64,000 nt of DNA from Candidatus Omnitrophota bacterium. Its GTDB lineage: Bacteria > Omnitrophota > Gorgyraeia > Zapsychrales > JANLHA01. Location: contig JAKQKX010000020.1 of the NCBI GenBank assembly GCA_029560465.1, positions 51,434-115,433 on the forward strand, in the 5' to 3' direction. Positions 28,242 through 39,258 of the stretch are shown here, piece by piece. The position numbers and the translations under genes are program-made. How positions within the stretch are numbered: the first letter of the stretch is position 1; each line of letters opens with the position of its first letter. The notes beneath the pieces were generated by a model. The model had not been told where the DNA came from. It did no database searches and worked only from the letters and a program-made list of their open reading frames with translations.

Positions 28242-30077
28242 TCATCCTTCCTGAAAGGGCTCTTGGTCCTGATCCCGGCACAAACACCCCTGCTGTGCGA
28301 TACGGCTGGCAAACAACAACAGCAATGGCGGAGTCGCGTGCAGAAAAAGGCGGGGAAAAACCTCCGGGGAGATATCCGATAAGCTTTCAAGAGGCGTGCC
28401 CAGATGGGCCACCCAAACAAATATTACCATCCCGGCCGATACCAGCCCCAAAAAAACTTCGGGTTCAAGCCACCGGGATCTTTTACGAAACACAAAGATG
28501 TACAAACCCAAAATCAGCGCATAGACCGACATATTGTTTGAACAAAAATTCTTAATGTTAATCAAAAAAAGCTGCAGGGCCTTCAGGGCTGAAACCCCTT
28601 CCTTCAAATGCGTTAACGTCGCCCCCTCCTGACCAGAGACCCATCGCATCCAGCCTAAAGGCAATCCGATGGACAAAAAAACAGCCCATAACCAGGCCCC
28701 AGCCCGTTCTGACATCAAGGTCCTCCTAAAAAGCACCACCATCGTCACGCCGAGAACGCCCGTGGCGGCCATCCCTTCCAGTTTGCTCAAATTCAACCCT
28801 GTCATCAAGATCAACGCCAGCCACAAGTAACTCTTCCGCGTTTTATCATTCATCCACGCCAGCATAACGGTTAAAACGCCTCCCCAAAACGCGAGAAAAA
28901 GGTTTTCCGCATTGGCAAAAGTAAAATGTACGTACCACCAGGGCTTTGTAAAATCATGAAAAGCGGAAACGATGTAAAACAAAAGGACGAAATAACGCGA
29001 CGCCGGTTTTAACCCCAGAATTTGTAAAGATTTTGAAACCTGAATCACAAACGAGAGGAAACAAAAGGCTGATGTCCATTTCGCCAATTCATCAGGCATC
29101 CCGCCCAGCAAGGCGAACTGGGAGGCGATATGAAGGGGCCATAACAGCGGATAAGAATTCAAATGCGTGTCTTGAAAATTCCACTGCTGATAATAATACA
29201 TCGTTTTCGATTTTAATATCCAATGCGACATCCCGTCCCAGTCAAAAACGCCGGTCGAAACGGTGATAAAAAAAACTCCCGCCGCGGCCGCGACAACCAG
29301 GCCGCCTAAAACCGGCGCGGCGCATCCCTCTCTCCGGTTTTGACCGATGGGGGCCCCCGGCCCTCCTGGCACGGGAAAACCCGGCCGGCGGGATAGCCCG
29401 ATCAACAAAAACCCGAGCGCCGCCCATGTCCCCAAAACAACACCGCGGGAAAGATTGGCCCCGAGCATCATGAAGATCCAAAGAACGGCGGTGGAAAACA
29501 GCAATCCCAGGAGATACGCCGTGGCGTAATACCAGAGGCGCCCCCATTCTTGCCATGCGACACCCATCGCCCGCAGCATAAAAACGCCTATCAAAATGTT
29601 ATACCCCAGGCAGAAGAGCGCTCCGATCAGGACAATCGGCAAGGGGGGGGAGGCGGAAGAAACGGGGACCAGCGCCCCGGTCACATGAGGACGGACATAC
29701 AGAGAAACCATGTCCGTGAGCGGGACTTGGATCCACGCCTCCGCCCCACCCGGATTCCGGTTCCTCCCGTCTAAATGGAAATCAGAATTCTCCACGATAC
29801 GGTGGGGAAAAAGGAAATACCGCCAAATAACGTAAGAGAACCCTCTGCTTTTAAAAGGGATGCTCACGTCCGCGCCGGGAGGCAGGATCTCCCGCGCCTT
29901 CAGCGCCGCGCCGGCAAAGGCTTGCTCCCGGCGCAACCGATCATAATCAAAACCACGCCGTGCGAATATCTTCACGGAAATATAAGCTTTTTTCGTGAGA
30001 AACCAACCCCCGGAGAGAGTCAGGCAAAAAACAGGAAGGATCAAACATAATAAGGACAATTGGATTCGAGATTTCAT
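28242..30077 (-). CDS. Large polytopic membrane protein of unknown function (possible GT-C-like)
   Basis: 611 aa with at least 12 hydrophobic segments. No catalytic motif recognised. Confidence 0.45.
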   Translation of the reverse strand: MKSRIQLSLLCLILPVFCLTLSGGWFLTKKAYISVKIFARRGFDYDRLRREQAFAGAALKAREILPPGADVSIPFKSRGFSYVIWRYFLFPHRIVENSDFHLDGRNRNPGGAEAWIQVPLTDMVSLYVRPHVTGALVPVSSASPPLPIVLIGALFCLGYNILIGVFMLRAMGVAWQEWGRLWYYATAYLLGLLFSTAVLWIFMMLGANLSRGVVLGTWAALGFLLIGLSRRPGFPVPGGPGAPIGQNRREGCAAPVLGGLVVAAAAGVFFITVSTGVFDWDGMSHWILKSKTMYYYQQWNFQDTHLNSYPLLWPLHIASQFALLGGMPDELAKWTSAFCFLSFVIQVSKSLQILGLKPASRYFVLLFYIVSAFHDFTKPWWYVHFTFANAENLFLAFWGGVLTVMLAWMNDKTRKSYLWLALILMTGLNLSKLEGMAATGVLGVTMVVLFRRTLMSERAGAWLWAVFLSIGLPLGWMRWVSGQEGATLTHLKEGVSALKALQLFLINIKNFCSNNMSVYALILGLYIFVFRKRSRWLEPEVFLGLVSAGMVIFVWVAHLGTPLESLSDISPEVFPRLFLHATPPLLLLFASRIAQQGCLCRDQDQEPFQEG

Positions 30078-30104
30078 TCCACCCCATCAAATCCGGTCAA
30101 GAGT

Positions 30105-30779
30105 TCAAAACATTAAACGTCCGGCTTTAACAAAATAATATTCCGCCAAAATAATAAGCGCCAACGCGCACGCTTGTTTTATCCGGTTAAGCCACGGCCC
30201 GGATTTCGGCAGCTGGCTCAATAACCCGCTGAACGTCCCGACAAGAATAAGCGAAGCGCCCACGCCATACGAAAAGACAAAAAGCAGGCTGATCGCATGG
30301 AGAAGGTTTTGTTTGGAAGCCACGTAAAGCAGCACCGTGCCCAAGACCGGGGCCGTGCAGGGGCCGACAACCAGGCCACCAACCCCTCCCAGCAGAAAGA
30401 CTGACCAAAGATTCCTGAGTTTGAGGCCCGCGGGCCGGTGAAGCGCCAGGCCCGGCAGAGGAATAACATCCAGCATGACCATCGCGAAAACCAGCAAAAC
30501 ATTCCCGACGGTCAAAAACACAACCGGGGAATTCTGGAACTGGCCGAAAACTTTCCCGGTTAAAGCGGCCGCCACCCCCAGCCCGCAATAGGTCATAGCC
30601 ACCCCAAGGACATACACCAGTGAAATCACGAAGCCCATGAGTTTGGTGCCCCGTGTGTTCACGCCGGCAATGATACTCGCCACCACCGGGACCGCCGGGT
30701 AAACACACGGCGTAAAACTGACGGCCACCCCGGCCCCGAACACCAAAAAATAATCAAACACATTCCCTTGAAGTTGCAT
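30105..30779 (-). CDS. ccdA: Cytochrome c-type biogenesis / thiol-disulfide transporter CcdA (DsbD transmembrane domain family)
   Basis: The two conserved Cys motifs SFTPCVYP and GPCTAP lie in TM helices. Confidence 0.8.
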   Translation of the reverse strand: MQLQGNVFDYFLVFGAGVAVSFTPCVYPAVPVVASIIAGVNTRGTKLMGFVISLVYVLGVAMTYCGLGVAAALTGKVFGQFQNSPVVFLTVGNVLLVFAMVMLDVIPLPGLALHRPAGLKLRNLWSVFLLGGVGGLVVGPCTAPVLGTVLLYVASKQNLLHAISLLFVFSYGVGASLILVGTFSGLLSQLPKSGPWLNRIKQACALALIILAEYYFVKAGRLMF

Positions 30780-30824
30780 CGCCCTCCCCGCGCGGCTCAA
30801 GAAACCAGGCTATCAGAGCCAGTC

Positions 30825-31616
30825 CTATTCCGATTTAAACGGCAATTTAATGACATTCGTAATCGTGTCCGTCGTGCCTTTAATAATCTTTCCCGTTGTA
30901 TCGACAACCCCCTTGGTCACGCCACCGGCAACATCAACCGTTCCGGAAACCATGGATTTTAACCCGTCGATTTTCAACTCCGGCAAATCAGCAAAGGGAG
31001 TTTTCATCAAAGCTTTCAAAACAATAATCTGCACCAGACTGTTAGGATCGGTGATGTTTTCAATCCGTTCATCCAGGCCGATCATCTTTTCCGTTATGAC
31101 CGGGTCGCCGCCTTTGGAATAATCTTTATACACCACCTTATCCACTTTCAGCTGCAAAACATCAATCTGGATCTCCGGCATTTCTTCCTTCTTCTGGGCC
31201 GGGGCCGTTCCCGGGGCCGGCTTCTCGCTCGTTTTCTGCTGCAAAGCTTTCAGCTTATCGAGATTCATTTTACCATCGGTGTTTTTCACCAAAACAACCT
31301 CTTTCAGGTAAAAACGCACTTCTTTGATATGGATATTCTTTTTCATCAAGGCCTGGACATCCAGTCTGACATAGACCTCCGGGATGTCCACCATAAGCTT
31401 TTCCGGGAAGCCTTCCGGGTTATAAAGCTGCATCCCCTGGATATGGACATAAGATTTCGTGAAACTGATATCCATGCTCGCAATCTTCATCGGCAGGCCG
31501 GTCACGAGCTTAACCCCCTGCTCAATCCCCGTTTTGACGACCATATTCTTGGCCACGATCACGCCCACAACCAGGACAATTAAAATCACGACAATAAACA
31601 TAAAAAACTTTTTCAT
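30825..31616 (-). CDS. Hypothetical membrane-anchored protein (N-terminal TM helix, lysine-rich periplasmic region)
   Basis: MKKFFMFIVVILIVLVVGVIVA is a signal-anchor. No further motif recognised. Confidence 0.4.
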   Translation of the reverse strand: MKKFFMFIVVILIVLVVGVIVAKNMVVKTGIEQGVKLVTGLPMKIASMDISFTKSYVHIQGMQLYNPEGFPEKLMVDIPEVYVRLDVQALMKKNIHIKEVRFYLKEVVLVKNTDGKMNLDKLKALQQKTSEKPAPGTAPAQKKEEMPEIQIDVLQLKVDKVVYKDYSKGGDPVITEKMIGLDERIENITDPNSLVQIIVLKALMKTPFADLPELKIDGLKSMVSGTVDVAGGVTKGVVDTTGKIIKGTTDTITNVIKLPFKSE

Positions 31617-31651
31617 GGATCATTCCCTCCTAAGGATGAATGGGTTCGACG

Positions 31652-31828
31652 TTAACCTTTCATCTCTTTTTTATAATACTTCAAGCACTTATGGCACAAC
31701 CCGTCCTGTTCAATCCATTCAGGGTGTTTCTTTTTAATAATATCAACGATGTGCTTCTCCGTATGGTCAACATATTGGTGAAGGTCCTCGCTGACGGGTT
31801 TCCCGCAGACAGGGCAAACATATTCCAT
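31652..31828 (-). CDS. Small zinc-ribbon protein (59 aa, two CxxC pairs)
   Basis: Hand translation gives MEYVCPVCGKPVSEDLHQYVDHTEKHIVDIIKKKHPEWIEQDGLCHKCLKYYKKEMKG. It falls below the 60-aa cutoff of the supplied ORF track. Confidence 0.45.
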   Translation of the reverse strand: MEYVCPVCGKPVSEDLHQYVDHTEKHIVDIIKKKHPEWIEQDGLCHKCLKYYKKEMKG

Positions 31829-31853
31829 CCTTCCCTCCTGGCGCCTTCAAGCC

Positions 31854-32558
31854 TTATTTCTTCGGTTTATAAAGCAGTTTCCAGGGGTTTTCCTTGAGAT
31901 CGTAACTTAACTCTTCCAAATTCTTCGTCGTGCTGTTAGCATGCCCCATCATCTCGTCCACAAGATGCTGATTCGCCGCGAAGCGTTCATTGATATTATC
32001 CGAGATGGTATGCACATTCTTCATCGAGGCGCGCATATCCGCAAGGACATCATCGACCGCCTGCGCGTTCACTTTCAGCCGCTCATTGAGGTTGGCGGAT
32101 ATCCCCTCGATATTGGCGGCGATATTTTCACCCTGCTTAAGTATTTTTTCAAAACTGGCCTGTTCGGTCCCGGTGATCACCTCTCCGGGCGCGAGATGCC
32201 CGCCGCCGGCCTCACTGGTCATAACAAGCCCGATATATTTTTCCCCCATAAATCCCAAATTTTTCACATGCGCTTCGACCCCCTTGAAAATTTTAATGTC
32301 CTGTTTGATCCAGAGAGTCAACTCCACTTTCGGGACCCGGCCGTAAACGATATGGATATCCTTGACGCGGCCGATCTCAAGCCCGTTGAGCGTTACGGGC
32401 GAGTTCAACTCTATGCCATCGACATTGACAAAATGGACTTTAATGTCATAACCCCTCTCTTTAAAATGGAAATCTCCCGCCCTCACGGTTAACACGGCCA
32501 GCATCGACAACACAACAGCGATCAGGATGCCGACTTTAGTCTCATTGTTGATCCTCAT
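31854..32558 (-). CDS. mlaD: MlaD/MCE-domain protein (outer membrane lipid asymmetry ABC transporter substrate-binding component)
   Basis: N-terminal TM helix followed by the MCE domain GIELNSPVTLNGLEIGRV. Confidence 0.8.
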   Translation of the reverse strand: MRINNETKVGILIAVVLSMLAVLTVRAGDFHFKERGYDIKVHFVNVDGIELNSPVTLNGLEIGRVKDIHIVYGRVPKVELTLWIKQDIKIFKGVEAHVKNLGFMGEKYIGLVMTSEAGGGHLAPGEVITGTEQASFEKILKQGENIAANIEGISANLNERLKVNAQAVDDVLADMRASMKNVHTISDNINERFAANQHLVDEMMGHANSTTKNLEELSYDLKENPWKLLYKPKK

Positions 32559-32569
32559 ATAGTCCCCCT

Positions 32570-33370
32570 CTACGGTTTGCCGACCCGCGCCCCTTGATGG
32601 CCGTTCTCCATGATATTGATGGGCCCTTCGATTTCACCTTTAAGAAACTGCTGGACAATCGCGTTCCCGGAATTTTTGATCTCCTTCGGTGTCCCGACCT
32701 CCAGCACCCGTCCCTGATGGAGCATCGCCACGCGATTCGCGATGCGGAAAACACTTTCCATGTTATGCGTGACGACCACTGACGTGAGCAACAATTTTTT
32801 GTTTAAATCCAAGATCAGTTTATCGACCACGGCCGATACAATCGGGTCCAGCCCCGCGGTTGGCTCATCATAAAAAACCACTTCCGGGTCCATCGCGATC
32901 GCCCTGGCCAAGCCGACGCGCTTCTTCATCCCTCCGGAAAGCATGCTCGGCATCAAATGTTCGTACCCCTGCAGCCCGACCAGATTCAATTTCATTTTAA
33001 CGATAATGCTGATAATCTGGGGATCCAGTTTCGTGTGCTCGCGCAAAGGCAGGCTGACGTTTTCTTCCACCGTCATGTAATCAATCAGGGCCGCGGACTG
33101 GAAGCTCATGCCAAAGCGCCGCTTGATCCGTTCCTTTTCTTCTTCCGTCATCAAGGTTAAATCTTTCCCCTGAAAATAAACCTGGCCCGCGTCCGGCTTA
33201 ATGGCCCCGGTCATATGCCTCAAAAGCGTGCTCTTCCCGCACCCGGAGCCCCCCATAATGACAAACGTTTCCCCCTGATAAATATCAAGGGTAACCCCGT
33301 CCAACACCGTCCTGCCGTCAAAGGTCTTGACCAAATTTCTTACCGATATAGCCACCGGCCGCTCCGCCAT
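32570..33370 (-). CDS. mlaF: ABC transporter ATP-binding protein, MlaF-like
   Basis: Walker A GGSGCGKST; signature LSGGMKKRVGLARA; Walker B VVFYDEPTAGLD. Confidence 0.85.
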   Translation of the reverse strand: MAERPVAISVRNLVKTFDGRTVLDGVTLDIYQGETFVIMGGSGCGKSTLLRHMTGAIKPDAGQVYFQGKDLTLMTEEEKERIKRRFGMSFQSAALIDYMTVEENVSLPLREHTKLDPQIISIIVKMKLNLVGLQGYEHLMPSMLSGGMKKRVGLARAIAMDPEVVFYDEPTAGLDPIVSAVVDKLILDLNKKLLLTSVVVTHNMESVFRIANRVAMLHQGRVLEVGTPKEIKNSGNAIVQQFLKGEIEGPINIMENGHQGARVGKP

Positions 33371-33425
33371 GACTCCCCGCGCTCCTTTAAAAATATTTTA
33401 TGACCCGCAACCGGCGGGGCCAGGA

Positions 33426-34223
33426 TCACATGTTTTGAAAATAATAAATACCCGTGACGATGCAATCCGCCACAATGATCAGGATAAAACTCGTCACAAC
33501 GCTGATCGTGGTATGCTTCCCGACCCCCACCGCTCCACCCCGGGTTTTTAAGCCCTGATACGCGCCCACGAGGACGATGATTATCGCAAACACAAACGAT
33601 TTCGATAAGCCGGTGTAAACATCTTTAAGCATAAGATATTTAAACGTGGTTTGAATATACAGATGCTTATTAATACCCAAGTTATAAACCCCGATCACAT
33701 ACCCTCCCAGAATCCCGGACACATCCCCCAAAATCGTTAAACAGGGCAGCATCACAAACAGGGAAAGCAATTTGGGGGCGACTAAAAAACGGACCGGATT
33801 GATGGCCATTGTCTCTAAGGCTTCGATCTGCTCATTGACCTGCATGGAACCGATTTCAGCGGTGATCGCCGCGCCGATACGGCCGGCCACGACTAAAGCG
33901 GTCAACACCGGCCCCAGCTCCCGGCAGATCGAAACCGCGGTCAGGCTCGCGACATAAATCGTACCGCCCAGCTTGGACAGCTGATAGGCCGATTGCATCG
34001 CCAAGACAACCCCGGTAAAAAACATAACAAAAAACACAATCAGGACCGACTGGATGCCCATAAAGACCATCTGCTCAAATACCGTCTTATGTTTGAGCGG
34101 TTTATCCCTGAATGGGCCGAAGATGATCCAGAAAAAAGCTTGCAGGCTCAGGTGCATAAAATCGAGGAACACCCTGATGCCGTAAACAACCGGGCTCCCC
34201 ATCTTTTCAAAAAGCTTTATCAT
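33426..34223 (-). CDS. mlaE: ABC transporter permease, MlaE family
   Basis: Polytopic permease upstream of mlaF/mlaD. Start trimmed to MIKLFEK to avoid overlapping the receiver gene. Confidence 0.75.
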   Translation of the reverse strand: MIKLFEKMGSPVVYGIRVFLDFMHLSLQAFFWIIFGPFRDKPLKHKTVFEQMVFMGIQSVLIVFFVMFFTGVVLAMQSAYQLSKLGGTIYVASLTAVSICRELGPVLTALVVAGRIGAAITAEIGSMQVNEQIEALETMAINPVRFLVAPKLLSLFVMLPCLTILGDVSGILGGYVIGVYNLGINKHLYIQTTFKYLMLKDVYTGLSKSFVFAIIIVLVGAYQGLKTRGGAVGVGKHTTISVVTSFILIIVADCIVTGIYYFQNM

Positions 34224-34278
34224 GTCATTATTTCTACTTCGGATCAAAGTACAATTTCTCAAGGGCGAGGGATCCCCA

Positions 34279-34668
34279 CTATCCCGCCACGGACAAAAGC
34301 TCGCGGACTTTCTCAAGAAACAACTTTGTATCAATAGGTTTGGGTAAATAAGCGTTCGCCCCGACTTCCTGCCCGATGACAAAATCTTCCTCGGACGTCC
34401 GCGAGGTTAAAAGGATAACCGGAATTCTCATGGCAATTTCCTGGGATTTCAGGAGGCGGCATATATTGAAACCGTTGATGATCGGCATCATCACGTCTAA
34501 AACAACGAGGTCCGGCGTGGTTCTGATTGCCATCTCCAACCCCCGGGCCGCGTCATTCGTGGAGGAAACGTTATATCCCTGCGCGCCCAAAAGCGTTTCC
34601 ACAAGCTTTAAAACGCCCTGGTCATCATCGATAATCAGGATTCTTCCCCTTTTCGTTTCCGCGTTCAT
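34279..34668 (-). CDS. Stand-alone response regulator receiver (CheY-like) domain protein
   Basis: ILIIDDD...LVVLDVMMP...AYLPKP carries the conserved D/D/K receiver residues. It has no output domain. Confidence 0.8.
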   Translation of the reverse strand: MNAETKRGRILIIDDDQGVLKLVETLLGAQGYNVSSTNDAARGLEMAIRTTPDLVVLDVMMPIINGFNICRLLKSQEIAMRIPVILLTSRTSEEDFVIGQEVGANAYLPKPIDTKLFLEKVRELLSVAG

Positions 34669-34941
34669 AATGAAATAATTTTACCTATTTCTATAAGTGA
34701 AAACAAGGGAATTGATTGAAATGTTAGCCTGTCCCCATAAAAATCGATAAGATACGGGGGAAAACGACTAAATGTCTTAGAAACCATTTCAAGACCGCTT
34801 GGAGTGACGGGTCCCGCCGAACGGCCTTCCCCCGTCGCACCCATCTGATGGAAATTTTGAAATGGCTTATAGTCAAATATGCCTGTGAATGGCCCGGACC
34901 AGGATATTTCTGGCCGGATCATTTCAAATGGGGTTGCGGCG

Positions 34942-37900
34942 TCATGGGGCCGCGTCGTAACCAAGGACAGGGCTCAACCACTTTTCCAGCTCACGCACCG
35001 GCATGCCTTTTCTTCTGGCAAGGTCTTCGACCTGGTCAAGGGCTATTTTCCCAAGCCAGAAATATTTTGATTCCGGGTGGGAAAAATAGAACCCGCAGAC
35101 AGAGGAGGCGGGGACCATGGCAAAATTTTCTGTTAACCGGATCCCGGTGGCCTGCTCCGCATTTAACAGGCCGAACAACAATGCTTTCTCCGTGTGATCC
35201 GGGCAAGCAGGGTACCCGGGGGCGGGACGAATGCCTCGATAACGGCACTGAAACAATTCATCGTTTGTCAGGGTCTCCCTGGCATCATACCCCCAGTATT
35301 TTTTCCGGACCAGCTCATGCATACGCTCGGCAAAGGCTTCCGCCAGGCGATCGGACAACGCTTTAACCAAAATCCCGTGATAGGAATCGTGATCCTTCTC
35401 ATACTTTTCCGCGAGATCGGCCGTGCCAAACCCCGCGCTCACCGCGAACCCGCCCAAATAATCTTTTCGCCCCGTCGCCCGGGGAGCGATAAAGTCCGAA
35501 AGGGCGTAATACGGGCGGTTATCATATTTCACAACCTGCTGCCGCAAAGCGTGAAAGACCGTTAAGACCTCCTCACGCCTCTCATCTTTATAAACCTCTA
35601 TGTCATCCCCGGCGCTGTTTGCCGGGAAGAACCCCACCACCGCCCTGGCCATCAAAGACTTCTGACACACGATTTCATCCAGCAGCCGCTGTGCATCCGC
35701 GTAAAGCCTGCGGGCCTCCGCCCCCTGTTGGGGGTCATCCAGGATCTTAGGGAAATGCCCTTTCAATTCCCAGGCCATAAAGAAAGGCGACCAGTCAATT
35801 TTTTCCCGGATCTCCGAGAGGTCAAAATGATCAAAAACGCGGGTGCCTAAAAACGCCGGCGGCGTGAGGGGCAACTGCGACCAATCAGTTTTGAGTCCTC
35901 TCCCTCGGGCTTCTTCCAAAGTTAAAAACTTCGTTTCACTCCGGCGCCTGTCGAACTCTTCCCGGATCACCCGCTGTTCCGCCTTGATCTGCTCCGTCAC
36001 GGCGGCTCTTTGATCCGCGTTCAAAAGTTGCCGGCTCAGCTGCACGCACCGGGACGCGTCTTTGATATGGATTACCGGCCCGCTGTAACAGGGCGCGATC
36101 TTGACGGCCGTGTGCTGCGGCGAGGTCGTCGCTCCGCCGATCAAAATCGGGACCGTTAACCCGGCCTTCCCCATTTCCCGGGCGACATGAACCATTTCCT
36201 CCAACGACGGCGTGATCAATCCGCTTAACCCCACCATGTCCACGTTTTCCTGTATCGCGGCCGCGACGATCTTTTCAGCAGAGACCATCACGCCCAGGTC
36301 CAAGACTTCAAAATGATTGCACGCCAAAACCACACTGACGATATTTTTCCCGATATCGTGCACATCGCCTTTCACGGTGGCCAGCAAAATTTTCCCCTGC
36401 CGGTGCGCGGCTTGCCCTCTTTTTTCTTTTTCGATAAACGGCGTTAAATACGCCACGGATTTTTTCATCACCCGGGCGCTTTTAACGACCTGTGGCAAAA
36501 ACATTTTCCCGGAACCGAACAATTCCCCCACGGCACTCATCCCTTTCATAAGCGGGCCTTCAATAATATCCAAAGGCCGCAGGGCGCTCTGGCGCGCTTC
36601 CTCAGTGTCTTCCTCAATGTGCTCCACAAGCCCTTTCACCATAGCGTGAGCAAGCCGCTCTTCAACCGGGAGGCTCCGCCATTCCCGGTCGGCCGTCACA
36701 ACCCGCCCCCCCTGGCTTCTGACCTGTTCGGCAAACGTGACGAGACGCTCTGTCGCGTCCGGCCTTCTGTTAAAAAGCACATCCTCGACATACCCCAACA
36801 AATCCCCAGGGATTGCGTCATAAACGGCAATCATGCCCGCATTCACAATCCCCATGTCCATCCCCGCCTGAATCGCGTGATACAAGAACGCCGCGTGCAT
36901 CGCTTCCCGGACAATGTTATTCCCCCGGAAAGAAAACGAAATATTGCTCACGCCCCCGGAAACCCGGCAATGCGGCAAAGTCTTCTTAATGATACGGGTC
37001 GCCTCTATAAAATCCAAGGCGTAATTATTATGCTCTTCCATGCCGGTCGCAACGGCAAAAACATTGGGGTCAAAAATAATATCCTGCGGGGGGAACCCAA
37101 CCTCCTGCGTTAAAATACGGTACGCCCTCGTGCAGACCTCCACTTTCCGGGCCTTCGTGTCCGCCTGCCCGCGCTCATCAAATGCCATCACAACCACGGC
37201 CGCGCCGAATTTCTTCAACACCGCCGCCTGTCTCTTAAAAACCTCTTCGCCTTCTTTCAGGGATATGGAATTGACGATCGATTTGCCCTGAAGACATTTC
37301 AGCCCGGCTTCAATAACCGGCCAACGGGACGAATCAATCATGACAGGAACCCGGGCGATGTCCGGCTCACTGGCGACAAGATTAAGGAATCTCACCATCG
37401 CTTTTTGCGAATCCAGCATGGCCTCATCCATATTCACGTCGATCACCTGGGCTCCGGCCTCCACCTGCTGGCGGGCCACAGATAACGCGTCTTCATATTG
37501 CTCCCTTTTGATCAGATTCGCGAATTTCTGGGAACCGGCGACATTCGTCCTCTCGCCGATATTGATAAAATTAGCCTCTGGGCGGACGACCAGCGCCTCC
37601 AATCCACTGAAACAGGTTTGAACCGGGAGATGAGGAAGGACACGCGGCTTAAACGGAGACACGGCCTGGCGAATCGCCCGGATATATTCCGGGGTGGTTC
37701 CACAGCAGCCGCCCACGATGTTCACATACCCTTCTTTCGCAAAATCAGCGACCAGCTTGGCCATCTCCAAAGGCCCCTGGTCAAACCCGCCAAACCCGTC
37801 CGGCAACCCCGCGTTAGGATAACAACTGATGTAACACGGCGCCAACCGGGACAATTCCGCGATATAGGGCCGCAATTTATCCGCGCCCAGGGAACAATTG

Positions 37901-38676
37901 AGCCCCACGGACAAAGGCTTGGCATGCGTCACGGAAATCCAGAACGCCTCCAGGGTCTGCCCGGAGAACATCCGGCCGCTGGCATCGGCAATCGTCCCGG
38001 AAATCATAACCGGAAGCCGGCGCCCCGCCCTTTCAAAAACGCCCTCGATCGCATAAAGGGCCGCCTTGCTATTAAGCGTGTCAAATATCGTCTCTATCAA
38101 AAGAAAATCCACCCCTCCCTCCATGAGCCCGCGGACCTGTTCGGCGTACGCTGCCGCCAGCTGGTCAAAGGTGACCGCCCGGGAGCCGGGGTCATTGACA
38201 TCCGTGGACATGGACGCCGTACGGTTCGTCGGGCCGATAGAACCGGCCACGAAACGGGGCTGTGTGGGACCTTCACGGGTTGCGTCATCCGCGACCCTGC
38301 GGGCGATCCTGGCGGCCGCAACATTCAATTCATACGCCTTCTCTTCCAGCTTGTAATCAGCCAGACTGATCGCATTGGAGCCGAAAGTGTTTGTCTCAAT
38401 AATATCCGCGCCCGCCGCAAGGTACGCCCGGTGAATCTCCTCAATAATCTGCGGTTGGGTCAAAGACAGGACGTCGTTATTCCGCCTTAAATCCACCGGG
38501 TGATCCGCAAAAACTTTGCCCCGGGCCGCCTTTTCGTCCAGATTATATTCCTGAACCATGGTGCCCATGGCCCCGTCTAAAATCAGGATCCGCTCCCCAA
38601 GGAGCTTAATAATCGGATGGGATAAACATGTTTGATGCATAGCATTCACCATAGTGGATTCCTTCTTAAAAGTCAA
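34942..38676 (-). CDS. metH: Cobalamin-dependent methionine synthase
   Basis: 1244 aa with homocysteine-binding, pterin-binding, B12-binding ([10 protein letters not shown]) and AdoMet-activation domains in the canonical order. Confidence 0.95.
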   Translation of the reverse strand: MTFKKESTMVNAMHQTCLSHPIIKLLGERILILDGAMGTMVQEYNLDEKAARGKVFADHPVDLRRNNDVLSLTQPQIIEEIHRAYLAAGADIIETNTFGSNAISLADYKLEEKAYELNVAAARIARRVADDATREGPTQPRFVAGSIGPTNRTASMSTDVNDPGSRAVTFDQLAAAYAEQVRGLMEGGVDFLLIETIFDTLNSKAALYAIEGVFERAGRRLPVMISGTIADASGRMFSGQTLEAFWISVTHAKPLSVGLNCSLGADKLRPYIAELSRLAPCYISCYPNAGLPDGFGGFDQGPLEMAKLVADFAKEGYVNIVGGCCGTTPEYIRAIRQAVSPFKPRVLPHLPVQTCFSGLEALVVRPEANFINIGERTNVAGSQKFANLIKREQYEDALSVARQQVEAGAQVIDVNMDEAMLDSQKAMVRFLNLVASEPDIARVPVMIDSSRWPVIEAGLKCLQGKSIVNSISLKEGEEVFKRQAAVLKKFGAAVVVMAFDERGQADTKARKVEVCTRAYRILTQEVGFPPQDIIFDPNVFAVATGMEEHNNYALDFIEATRIIKKTLPHCRVSGGVSNISFSFRGNNIVREAMHAAFLYHAIQAGMDMGIVNAGMIAVYDAIPGDLLGYVEDVLFNRRPDATERLVTFAEQVRSQGGRVVTADREWRSLPVEERLAHAMVKGLVEHIEEDTEEARQSALRPLDIIEGPLMKGMSAVGELFGSGKMFLPQVVKSARVMKKSVAYLTPFIEKEKRGQAAHRQGKILLATVKGDVHDIGKNIVSVVLACNHFEVLDLGVMVSAEKIVAAAIQENVDMVGLSGLITPSLEEMVHVAREMGKAGLTVPILIGGATTSPQHTAVKIAPCYSGPVIHIKDASRCVQLSRQLLNADQRAAVTEQIKAEQRVIREEFDRRRSETKFLTLEEARGRGLKTDWSQLPLTPPAFLGTRVFDHFDLSEIREKIDWSPFFMAWELKGHFPKILDDPQQGAEARRLYADAQRLLDEIVCQKSLMARAVVGFFPANSAGDDIEVYKDERREEVLTVFHALRQQVVKYDNRPYYALSDFIAPRATGRKDYLGGFAVSAGFGTADLAEKYEKDHDSYHGILVKALSDRLAEAFAERMHELVRKKYWGYDARETLTNDELFQCRYRGIRPAPGYPACPDHTEKALLFGLLNAEQATGIRLTENFAMVPASSVCGFYFSHPESKYFWLGKIALDQVEDLARRKGMPVRELEKWLSPVLGYDAAP

Positions 38677-38920
38677 CGGATAAGAGAAAAACTCTTGGGC
38701 TGCGACGCTGCGCCTCTCGGGATCTTCCCTAATATCGAATCTAGAACATCATGGGAAATTATAGTAAATATTCCCGTAAAATACTACTGCTTTCTGTGTT
38801 GAAGCACCCGCCCTGCCCTTCAATTATTACGGTGCCTGGTCGGCACACGGGGCTTATGGAAAAACAATGTGTGTCCATTAAAAAGATTTGGGGGTATCTG
38901 GTGAAGCTTGCTGACGGGTG

Positions 38921-38964
38921 TAAAAAAATGAAAAGCCTACTCCTAGGCAAGAGATAGGCTTCTC
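38921..38964 (-). terminator. Rho-independent terminator on the minus strand: 10-bp stem GAGAAGCCTA/TAGGCTTTTC (one mismatch) followed by TTTTCATTTTTTT
   Basis: Read directly from the sequence; the T-tract lies on the minus strand. Confidence 0.5.
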
Positions 38965-39057
38965 ATCATTTATTCGGCAGCCGGGCTTTCCTGCTAGGAT
39001 CCTTGGCTTTGCGTCCCCGCTTTACAACGGGTTTGCTTTTTCGCTAAATGAACGTTT
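38921..39057 (-). ncRNA. Candidate small non-coding RNA (~135 nt) bounded by a TTGCAA-N17-TATATT promoter (39092..39064, minus strand) and the terminator above; identity unknown
   Basis: No ORF; promoter-like and terminator elements in the correct orientation. There is no protein gene on this strand between cinA and metH. Confidence 0.25.
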
Positions 39058-39222
39058 GGTGGACCGCTTTATGCGATCAACCCTTTCTTAGTTAAATATA
39101 ATATATAATGTTATGATTTGCAAACAAAATGCCATTAAATTAACTATATAACAACAAATAAGTTACGTATTGATTATTCCTTAAACAGACAAAAAATAAT
39201 TAAAAATCTTGTGAAAACGACC

Positions 39223-39251
39223 TTGTCAAAGTCTGTTTTATTCCGTATAAT
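39223..39251 (+). promoter_or_regulatory. Sigma70-like promoter TTGTCA-N17-TATAAT immediately upstream of the cinA-C/pncC start (ATG at 39259), implying a leaderless or near-leaderless mRNA
   Basis: Hexamers and the 17-nt spacer were read directly. The -10 ends 7 nt before the ATG. Confidence 0.4.
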
Positions 39252-39258
39252 AAATTTT

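Noticed and set aside
38677-38920. Possible SAM or cobalamin riboswitch in the metH leader, and a SAM riboswitch upstream of metF (22677-22936)
   Set aside because: By eye I could not find the conserved SAM-I, SAM-II or B12-box cores. Only a -10-like CTATAAT was seen. This needs a covariance-model scan and is not called.
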